DNA of 64,000 nucleotides, from positions 17,708 to 81,707 of the forward strand of contig LWCA01000020.1 of the NCBI GenBank assembly GCA_001642005.1. Reading direction: 5' to 3'. The notes under the pieces were generated by a model. That model made no database searches, was not told the DNA's origin, and worked only from the letters and a program-made list of their open reading frames with translations. Positions 40,301 to 49,827 of this stretch are shown piece after piece. Made by a program: the position numbers and the translations under genes. The stretch is from Intoshia linei (lineage: Eukaryota > Animalia > Orthonectida). The stretch's first letter is position 1. Each line of letters opens with the position of its first letter.

Positions 40301-43300
40301 GAAGAGTTGCAACCAAAATTGGTTATTTCAGCAGAAGAAAATATCAAAATGATTGGGATTATTGAAATTGAGTCAAAGGAAGTTGATGTTACTAAGATTA
40401 GAGTAGCGCATGAAGAAAAAATTGTTTCGGAACAAGCTGCGTCGTCTCAATCTTTGCGTGATGAATGTGAACATGATTTATCTGAAGCAATTCCTGCCTT
40501 GAAAGCTGCTCAAGCAGCTCTAAATACCCTAAAACCTTCAGATATTACAATTGGTAAAATAATTTATAATTTAAATGTATATTCCTGTTAGAAACATTTT
40601 ATTAAATAGGGTTCTGAAAATTTTTATTTGTTTTGATGGAAAATGGAATGTTTACTTTTAAATTTTATTTTTTTAAATTATTATCTTACAATATTAATTA
40701 TTTATAGTGATTATTTATCATGAATTTCTACTTTCATTTTTGGGTGACAATTTTTTTTGTTAAACGTTTAAAATCTAAACTTTAAATTAAAAAATAAATA
40801 AAAATAAAATTTAAATATATTGACCGATTCAACTGAGTTTGCATTGGAGATTCCGAAATATTCCGTCGAATAATCGGAAACGTATCAATTTTATTGATAT
40901 AATTTAAATCAAATTTCTAAAAAACTTAAAAATAAATTGTCAAGTAACGTAATTTACCTTAGATTGCAATGTTAAGTAAAATGGTATTTATTCTTACTTA
41001 CTAAAAATTTTAAAAGTTCGTCTATTCATGTAACCAGTTATTTAGAATTCCTGAAGCTAAAAAATCATTAATTGAAAGTAATTTTTTAATTTTTTAGAAC
41101 TTTATGGTCACAATTTCACTTTTTGAGTGTATTTTTCCATGGGAGTGATAAAGTAAGATTAACACAGAGGTTTCCAAATTTTTATATCACAGACCGATAA
41201 TTTTTCACTAACATTAAATTATTCGCGGGTAAATTGAAACATAATTTCAAAAAAACGTCAAAATATTTTGGCTACATTACTTGTTTACATTCTTAGTTTA
41301 ATATTATTTTTTTGGGAACCCACATTTGAACAGCGCGAATTAATTAATTATTAATTAAAAATTAGTTGGCTGTTACTTAATCAATAATTCACATCTAAAA
41401 AAGGTTCAAAATCATTAGAATAGGCGAATAGTAGATGCTCCACTAAAAGTGGACCACTGTACACATTTTTAGTTTTTCCAGAAATTTTGAATTTTCATTT
41501 ATCGGAATTTATATCAATATATTAAAAAATTCGCTTTCTAAATACCTAATTATAATTTATATAGAACCAAAATTTTCGTTAATCTATGTTTTGTATTTTA
41601 TATAATATTTAGTGAAATCAATGAAAAATCCACCATCAGGAGTAAAACTGGTCATGGCGGCTGTATGTGTAATGAAAGAAATAAAACCAGAAAAGATAAA
41701 TGATCCATCTGGATCTGGTCAAAAAATATATGATTACTGGGGACCTTCAAAAAGATTATTAGGAGATATGAATTTTTTACGTGATTTGAAAGATTACAAC
41801 CGAGATAATATTCCTCTGCCAGTTATGCAAAAAATTCGAAAAGAGTACATATCTAACTCTGATTTTGATCCTAATAAAGTAGCTCAAGCTTCTCAAGCAG
41901 CAGAAGGTAATAAATACAATCAACGACCCCTGTTTTGTCATCATAAAATGGAGACCGTAAAAATTTTAAATTTAATTAATTAAATTTTATATATTACTAG
42001 CTTGACTGTTATGTACTACGTACAAACAGGACCTTGCTCTACCGAGGCACATTATTATTCTACTAAAAAAATAAATTCACGTTGAAAATCTAACTTAAAA
42101 ATTCCGAAGGAATGAATTATATAAATGTTCACTGCACATTTTTTTTTGAAATTGTAAGATCAATATTTACATTTTCAAGTTTTATTTTAATCGAAATATT
42201 TGGAAAATATTGGTTGATAATATATTAAAAATTATTTTTAATCGGGATCATCAATCATATTAAAAATCCTACAATTCACTATTATCAATCCTTTAAAGGA
42301 GTGGTTTCAAACTTTTTACTTTAAAGTGAATTATTTCATCTTAATTTTTTGTTTGTTAACATTTAAAAATAAAGTAAAAACAGTCCAATCCTTAAAATTG
42401 AACTTTTGTATTTATATCAACTGGAATAAGGTCTATCAAAATAATTTTTTTTTTTAATTTTTGGACCTTTAATTATTTCACATTTTTTGTTTTACAAAAA
42501 ATTTGTTAATAAAATATTTCGAAAAAAAATATATGAATACTAAAATGCTTTTTTGACCGTGAAGTAGTCACTTATTCCGATTGAAATTATATGTGTGTGG
42601 TAACAGGATACAACTGTACAACCTGTAATTTTTTTGAAGTTCTAGGGCTGTTTTCATTAAAAAAAGAAGGGTAATTTGTGGTTTTGGCCCTGAAGATATT
42701 TTTTTTAAATTTAAATTCATCATAATGTTTATGATTTCAAAGTCGGTATCAGCGTATATATTTTTTTAAATTCTACAGCTCGTTTGATTTTCAAAAAGAG
42801 GGAGAATATGGTTTTTGACCCTTAAGATGTGAAATTGGGAGGTTGAAATTTATCTTATTATACGCAACGGAAAAAACTGTATTTGAAATGTGGTCTTTAA
42901 AAAATTCTAAGAGTGTTAGTTATTTCAATAAAGTAAGACACACACACACAAACAAAAATTGCGTCGCCTTTTATATAAGTTAGGATATATGTAAAGTAAT
43001 TTAGTTAAAAATGTATGTCTGTTTATTTATTTGTTTGTTCCAGTTTATTTAATAAAATAAAGGAGTCGAGTTTTAAAAATTTTATATTTCTATTACAGTT
43101 TTCTGAGAGTGATATTTTATTGCAAATTAAATTATCTAAGATTGGTAGTTATTTCAATAAAGTGGAACACACACACAGACACACAAACAAAAATCGATAT
43201 AATTGACTGGTTTGACCAATTTTTGAAATTCTTAAATAATGTTAATAAAATTTTTTTGGTAAAGTGCCAACCATAATTTTGACACAACATTCAATCTAAG

Positions 43301-46300
43301 ACAAACTTACTTTACACGAAACCCCTCCTCGAAACTCATTTTTTCAATTTTTCAAAATTGAAAATAAAAAAAATTACATTTTTGAATAACACAACTATTT
43401 AAATCAAATTTAAAAAGTAAAATCGAAATCCCTGAGAGATGGCTAGTCTATACTGCATGATGCATCGGTTACTAAAAATTTTAGAGTTTTTATTTTTTTA
43501 TTTTATAAGTTTACGGTCTCGAACATGTAATTTCGGCTATGTAGTCAATATTATATATATAGACCAGTGTTATTCAACCTTTTTTACTACATTACCCATA
43601 TTATAGTACTTATTTTGATATTAACAACTATATTGTTTAACTGCATTTTGGATGGTAGGTTTTTAGAATAAGCCATATAAATTTTATAATAGTAAATAGT
43701 AAATAGTAAACTTTAATTAATATTTTCTAAAAAACTAATTTTACGAAATAGTAAAATAAAGGGGAAATTGTGTTTTTGACACGAAGGACTCAATGGGAAA
43801 AAATTATATGTCATACGTTATTACATTATATTATGCGACGCAAAGAAATAATCAAATTCCTATTTTTTTAGAACAACTTTCGCGATTACCCATGAAAAAT
43901 ATCAAATTACCTACTCGTGGGTAAATACTCCTAGGTTGGGAATCACTGATATAGACTATTAAATAGAATGATAAATAAATGATATAAAAAAATATTTTGT
44001 AGGTTTGTGCAGATGGATTCAGGCAATGGAAATATATGATAGAGTTGTAAAAATAGTAGAACCAAAGAAAAAGGCCCTAGCTGCAGCAGATCAAGAATTG
44101 AGTGAAACAATGTCAGCATTAAAATTAAAACAAGACGAACTAAACGAAATTATAGAGAGGTTGGATAATTTAAACGCATCATTTGTTGAAAAGCAAACCC
44201 AAAAAGCAAATCTCGAATATCAAGTGAAACTATGTGCCACAAAATTGGAGCGCGCTGAACAGTTAATTGCCGGATTGGGTGGAGAAAAAGACAGATGGAT
44301 TCTAGCGGCAGAGAAGTTGAAAACTGTGTATGAAAATATTTTAGGGGACACACTAATTTCAGCAGCAATGATTGCATATTTAGGACCATTTACTCCTAAA
44401 TTTCGAGAATCGGCATTGGTTAGTTGGACAGAGGAGGTAAAACGAAGAAAATTACCCGGTTCAGTTTTTTTTTCCTTGTCAAATACACTGGGAGATCCTG
44501 TTTTAATTCAGCAATGGAATTTAAATGGATTACCGAAAGATTCATTTTCTATAGATAATGCAATTATTGTGTCAACGTCCAGAAGATGGCCACTTTTAAT
44601 TGACCCACAAGCTCAAGCTAATATATGGATTAAAAATTTTGAAAGAACAAATAAATTGGTCATCATAAAGTTTACCGATTCAGATTATATGAGAAATTTG
44701 GAAAATGCAATCACGTTTGGGAAACCGTTGCTTTTGGAAAATATTGATGAAACTCTTGATGCTTCATTGGAACCCTTGTTATTGAAGCAGATTTTTAAAC
44801 AAGGTGGTGTTAAAATGATACGCCTCGGAGATATTCAAATAGAATATTCTGACGATTTTCGATTTTATATAACAACCAAATTAAGAAATCCTCATTATTT
44901 ACCAGATGTAGCTACAAAAGTAACTCTAATTAATTTTATGATTACTCCGCAAGGGTTGGAAGATCAATTATTAGGAATGGTTGTAGCAAAGGAAAAACCC
45001 GAATTGGAAGCAGAAAGGGAAGCTTTGATAATATCCAGTGCTTCAAATAATAAACAATTGAAGGAAATTGAAGATAAAATTCTACATACTTTAAGTGCGT
45101 CAGAAGGAAATATCCTGGAAGACGAATCAGCAATCGTAGTGTTAAATAAAAGTAAAATTTTGTCCAACGAAATTTCGAAAAAACAACTGGTTGCACGTGA
45201 AACTGAAAAAAAAATAAACGAAACTAGACAGGGATACCAACCTGTCGCAACATTATCTTCAATACTCTATTTTTCCATTGCAGATTTGCCAAATATTGAT
45301 CCCATGTACCAATATTCTTTAAGTTGGTTTATAAATTTGTACCTGGCTTCAATTAACGACAGCAATAAATCCAAAATTTTGGAAAGACGATTACGATATT
45401 TACAAGATTATTTCACTTATAGTCTATATTGCAATATTTGTCGTTCACTTTTTCAGCAACATAAATTGCTCTTTTCTTTTATACTGTGCACAAATTTGCT
45501 TATCGGTAATAAAGAGTTGGATGTAAAAGAATTAAATTTTTTTCTTACCGGAGATGTTACGCATGAAAACGAAGAACCAAACCCAGCTTCAAGTTGGTTG
45601 GGGGATCGGTACTGGGATGATCTTTGCAAGCTGAAAACACTGCAAGTATTTCAAGATTTTAAATCATCATTTGTTAAGAATCTGAGAGCTTGGAAAGAGT
45701 ATTGTGAGGATTTAAAGCCTCATGAACGAATTTTACCGGATGGGTGGGATGAAAAATTAAATAAATTCCAACAATTAATTGTTTTGAGGTATTTGCGTTT
45801 TGATAAGGTTATACCTAGTATAACTCAATATATAACGGAAAAACTGGGACACCAATTCGTGGAACCACCACCATTTGATCTAAACAAAAGTTTTGGTGAA
45901 TCTAAATGCACGACACCACTAATTTTCGTTCTTAGCCCTGGAGCCGATCCAACCATGGCTCTTTTAGCCTTTGCAGAAGAAAAAGGCTTTACTGGGAATA
46001 AATTTCAATCCATTTCATTGGGACAAGGTCAAGGAGGAATTGCATGCAGAATTATCGCTAAAGCCCAAATCGAAGGTCAATGGGTTTTGCTCCAAAATTG
46101 TCATTTGGCCATTTCTTTCATGGAAAGACTTGAAAAAATTTGTGAATCTTTATCTGTCGAAACGTGTCATTCTGAATTTAGAATATGGTTGACCAGTTAT
46201 TCCAGTGATAAATTTCCAGTAATTATTTTACAAAATAGCATCAAAATAACCAATGAACCTCCTGCAGCATTGAAAATAAATATGCTTCAATCATATTCCA

Positions 46301-49211
46301 GTGATCCCATTTCTAATGAAAGCTTTTTTGATTCTTGCGGAGATGTTAAAAATGTCAAATTCCACAGACTACTTTATGGTATTTGTTTTTTTCATGCTGT
46401 GGTACAAGAGAGACGGAAATTTGGACCCATTGGTTGGAACATACCGTATGGTTTTAATGAATCAGATTTAAGTATATCTGTCAGACAGCTACAAATTTTT
46501 ATTAAAGATTATGATGATGTTCCCTTTGATGCCATTATATATTTAACGGGTCATTGTAATTATGGTGGAAGAGTGACCGATGATAATGATAGGAGACTTT
46601 TAATGTCCATTTTAAAAATATTTTGTAATAAAGATTTGTTATCAGAGCGTTATTCTTTTTCAACTTCTAAAGAATATCAGATACCTATTGAAACTGAGTA
46701 TCAGGATTATATTGATGCAATCAAAAATTTGAATACCAGTCAACCTCCACAAATATTTGGATTACATGATAATGCTGAAATAACTAAAGACATGGCTGAT
46801 AGTGAAGATATTATTGATGATGTTTTAAAAATTAGGGGAGCTGGCGTTGGTGGTGGGTCTGAAGGAAATAATATTATAGAAACTGTTGCTTCAGATGTTA
46901 TTTCAAAGGTTTATTTAATTTTTTATACTTTTCGTAAATTCAATATAAATACATCATGGGGATATATCAGGATTATCAAACTTTTTTTTCAATCTAATAA
47001 TTTTATAATGGCCGCAATTTCATGTCAAATTTTTCGCGGACCATTTAATTAAATTTCTAACCAACATTGCCAAAATATTATTATTACATTACTTTTTTGC
47101 GTCATCAATTCAATTATTGCATATTTTTGCTGTGGCTCGTAAATTCTACATAAGGACTTGGAAACTGCTGAGTTGTATCATATCAATATATTTTCTTTTA
47201 TTATTAATTTAAATTGTCAAGTAATCTTTAATACCAAAAATTAATAGCTCCCAGAAAACTTTAATCTCGAAAATGCCAAAAAGAAATTCCCTTTGGTATA
47301 TAAAGAAAGTATGAATACCGTATTGGTTCAGGAAATGGAAAGATTTAACAAGTAATATTTTATATCTAAACTAAATACAGGCTAATTTCTCGTTAACGAA
47401 ATAATTGGGCCTGAAAAAAATTTATTAAAACATTGGTTCCCGATGGGGTCCAAAATTATATGCCTGGGTCCGTGAGATTTAAATAAAATATAGAAAAATT
47501 TTAATTAACTTATTTTATTTTTATAGTAAAATTTTTAATAATTTTTATAGAGTTTTTAGGTGTTGATTATCTCAAAGCCTAGACGACCGCTATATTATTC
47601 TTTCAAAAATCCAACTTTTATCCCACCATTAATAAAATTTAATAAAAAATACAATTCAATTTAAAATATAATGTTTTTAATACTATTAATACTCAATGAA
47701 ATAAGACTCTAAGTCTTCAACCAACAGTATGCCCTGTATTCTAAACAGGGGATTTTTTTCAATTTTTCATCAATTTTTATATCGCTTCGCTCGAAATTTT
47801 GAAGGGCCTCGACCATTTGCTCAGCCCAGGGCTACGAAGTGGCTTAAGACGGCTCTGATTGACAGGTCACATATTTTTTCTTATTTTTGTTTAAATTTTT
47901 TTTAATTTTACACTACCCTAATATTCTAATACGTTCGGTATAATTATTACATTATTAACCAATTACTTTTTGTCATATATTTTTTTTCAGAATTAAATAA
48001 AATTGACGGTTTTTTCTTAAAGCTTCATACAAAATCTCGACAATATGATGGTCTGTAGTACATTTTATGTACGAAATTGTCAGTTATGTGGTATAACTAA
48101 ACTTATTTAGTTTATTGGACGTTATCAGGAAAACTTTAACCGATTTACTGAAAGCTCTCAAGGGTCTTGTTGTAATGTCTACAGAATTAGAATATATTAG
48201 CAATGCTTTAGCAATTGGAAAGATACCAGGTAATGTACTCAACATTTTATCATATTACCTTTTTCTTCAAAGGGAGAGGGTTATAAATGTCTTTTTATTA
48301 AAATCTATAAATTTCAAAGTAGTAATTTCATTTCCCGGAGAATTTGAAAAAGTAAGTGTGTCAGATTGTAATAGCGGGTTCGCGGAAATTTTAATATATT
48401 ATTTTTATTATTTGAGTGCCACCTAGCTATATTATATTATGTCTATGCCTTACAACCCGGGGGTCTAGATTAAATAAAAACAATGAATAGTAGAAGTAAA
48501 TGAATATAAATATACTTAGAATCATGGATGAAATTATCTTACCCGTCCCTAAAAAATTTGGCAGCATACATAACCGACTTGCTAGTTCGAATTCATCACT
48601 TGCAGGTAATTAAAAACAATTTAAATTTAAACAACTATTAGGAATGGTATGAACATGGGAAACCTACAGTATTTTGGATATCTGGATTCTTTTTCACACA
48701 AGCATTCTTGACAGGCACTCTCCAGGTTAAATGTTTACGTTTAAAATTAATTGACTTTTTAGAATTATGCAAGAAAAACAATTACGCCAATAGACACCAT
48801 AACCTTCGATTTTCAAGTTTTGGATTATAGTGATCCACTACAAGTTAAAAAAGGACCAGATGATGGCGTATATGTGACTGGGTTATTTTTGGATGGAGTT
48901 AGGTGGAACAAGCGAAAGTACTGTAAATATTTTTTAACTAATTATTTCATAGGCATGTATTGGCTGAACAAAAAATGCGCGTTTTGTATGATCCGTTACC
49001 GATACTGTGGATCTTTCCTATTACAAAAACAGATTTGAAAATAAACAACCGGTATAATTGCCCGTTGTACAAGACAAGCGAACGACGAGGAATACTTTTG
49101 ACAACGGGGCATTCCACCAATTTCGTATTGAACATATTACTGGACAGTGACGTGTCAATTGACCATTGGATTCGACGTGGCGCAGCATTGCTATGTCAGA
49201 TAAATGACTGA
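16373..49211 (+). CDS. DNAH12: Axonemal inner-arm dynein heavy chain, DNAH12-like (more than 40 exons)
   Basis: Short single-headed-type tail. Motifs [44 protein letters not shown] and [18 protein letters not shown] are recalled as DNAH12-typical. P-loops: [12 protein letters not shown] (~31436-31545), [25 protein letters not shown]. Stalk/MTBD lies at 40.2-44.1 kb, AAA5/6 in exon 44003-46908, and the protein ends [15 protein letters not shown]. Confidence 0.9.
17554..17595 (+). mobile_element. Solo 42-bp Helitron 3'-terminal module
   Basis: CTAGGATGATGTTTGTTCGAAGTACATAAACGTCAAGCTAG followed by T. Confidence 0.65.
17894..18160 (-). mobile_element. Helitron-family 3' fragment
   Basis: a|CTAGGTTGACTGTTATGTACTACGTACAAACAGGACCTAGCTCTGCCGAGGGC..., nearly identical to the ends at 24058 and 41997. 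Confidence 0.75.
18663..18974. mobile_element. hAT MITE
   Basis: TIRs CAGCCATTCTCAAC / GTTGAGAATGCCTG; degenerate TSD GTATAGTA/GTATAAAA; related left end at ~2559. Confidence 0.7.
19090..19900. repeat. ~31-33-bp minisatellite arrays (GGGGTTTTAAGATTTTTTTGAACCAAACTTT-type), partly inverted
   Basis: Arrays at ~19090-19305 and ~19530-19900, with an orientation switch near 19610. Same family as 56050-56450. Confidence 0.8.
19926..20190 (-). mobile_element. Helitron-family 3' fragment
   Basis: a|CTAGCTTGACTCTTATGTACTTCGTACAAACAGCGTCCTAGCTCTGCCGAGGGC... Confidence 0.72.
21126..21873. mobile_element. hAT non-autonomous element
   Basis: TIRs CAGTGATTTCCAACC / GGTTGGAAAGAACTG; perfect 8-bp TSD ACATAGGG. 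Confidence 0.85.
21246..21328. mobile_element. 83-bp MITE with 7-bp TSD (P/Galileo-like), nested in a hAT element
   Basis: Perfect 15-bp TIR CAAGGACAGCTTAAA; TSD CTCCACT on both sides. Confidence 0.8.
24058..24967 (-). mobile_element. Full-length non-autonomous Helitron (910 bp)
   Basis: On the minus strand: A|TCCTAACTTATAT... 5' end, (TG)n microsatellite, subterminal hairpin CTGTTTGTAC-GTA-GTACATAACAG, and CTAG|T 3' end. No TSD. Confidence 0.85.
25913..26331. repeat. Foldback element: two inverted arrays of a ~28-29-bp repeat
   Basis: Left arm has AAAATCCCACTTTTACCAAC-type units and right arm has GTTGGTAAAAGTGGGATTTT-type units. Termini AATCTGACCATTTTTACTAAAAATC / GATTTTTAGTAAAAATGGTTGGATT. 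Confidence 0.75.
29718..31200 (-). mobile_element. Long Helitron-family copy lacking the 3' terminus, with an internal 110-bp tandem duplication
   Basis: Shares internal and 5'-end sequence (CACACAGACAGACACACACACAAACAAAAATCGCGTAGCA) with the copies at 24058 and 41997. Duplication at 29958-30067 / 30068-30175. Confidence 0.8.
31794..32542. mobile_element. hAT non-autonomous element
   Basis: TIRs CATAGGTTCTTAA / TTAAGAATCCATG; perfect TSD ATGTATAC. Confidence 0.82.
32030..32187. mobile_element. 158-bp hairpin MITE with ~60-bp TIRs and 7-bp TSD, nested
   Basis: TAAAGTAGCCAGAAAAAATACGTACTATCA... / ...TGATAGTACGTATTTTTCAGGCCACTTTT, flanked by ATTTATG on both sides. Confidence 0.72.
34100..35000. 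mobile_element. hAT non-autonomous element with an internal ~31-bp repeat array
   Basis: TIRs CAGTGGTTCCC / GGGAAACCACTG; perfect TSD CTTTAGTT. Related inverted copies at ~4450-4810 and ~47430-47660. Confidence 0.85.
34523..34832. mobile_element. hAT MITE nested in the 34100-35000 element
   Basis: TIRs CAGGGGTCGGCAAC / GTTTCCGACTCCGT; TSD CTTTAGGA/CTTTAAGA. Confidence 0.72.
36525..36990. repeat. Degenerate inverted minisatellite (foldback-like) array
   Basis: T-rich units (CCCAATTTTTAAGATTTTTATGATAATT) switch to their reverse complement (AATTATCATAAAAATATTTAAAAATT) near 36650. Confidence 0.55.
41997..42985 (-). mobile_element. Full-length non-autonomous Helitron (989 bp)
   Basis: Same A|TC...hairpin...CTAG|T structure as 24058-24967, with high similarity throughout. 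Confidence 0.85.
43565..43948. mobile_element. hAT MITE
   Basis: TIRs CAGTGTTATTCAACC / GGTTGGGAATCACTG; perfect TSD ATATAGAC. The right end also occurs at ~3197-3261. Confidence 0.85.
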
Positions 49212-49224
49212 TTTATTTATTACA

Positions 49225-49741
49225 TTAAATAATAATTGTGTCAATATCTTCATCATTTGGTAAAGTGGCTAGTATTTTTTCCACAGATATGTAATTTGGG
49301 TCAATGATGGGTAGTCCATTCTTCATACGATATTCTAATCGTAAATGAGCTTCTCTTTGTATCCACTCATGGTCACTATTAAATCAATATTAGGTATCAA
49401 AATACACATACTCTTGCATCGGCAGGTACACCGTCAAATAAGCCATAAGCACAGTAATCAATGTAATATTTAAAAATAAAGCAAGGTGATAGCTTCTTCT
49501 ATCCGAGTCTTCGTCTTCACCAAATCCATATGAAATCCAATTCTGTGCATTAAATTCAATCAAATAAATAACTTACCTTCCCACTATTTTCCAATAATGG
49601 ATTGTCTACAACTGATTTGTACAATTCTGGTGGTATATTTTTGTCGAGTAAAGTTTTAATACGACCTGGGTTCTGTAAAGTGTTGTTGTAGCATCGCTTT
49701 GGCAAAATTCTTCCAAATTTACACAAATTCAAAATTCGCAT
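49225..49741 (-). CDS. NDUFB11: NADH dehydrogenase 1 beta subcomplex subunit 11 (ESSS), 3 exons
   Basis: Exons 49741-49577, 49542-49412 and 49375-49225. Basic mitochondrial presequence, NWISYGF..D..D, one TM helix, and YLP..D.EWIQREAHLRLEYRMKNGLPIIDPNYI. Confidence 0.88.
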
Positions 49742-49827
49742 TAAACAAAATCAAATAAAAACTAATATTTATTGTAAATTTTCATTTCTATGTACAAATA
49801 AGCATTAGGTACAATTATAATATATAA

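Noticed and set aside
44150-46192. Antisense and alternate-frame ORFs overlapping large exons (also 7831-8040, 9043-9309, 39658-39870, 59799-60871)
   Set aside because: Shadow ORFs of real coding exons with no independent coding signal.
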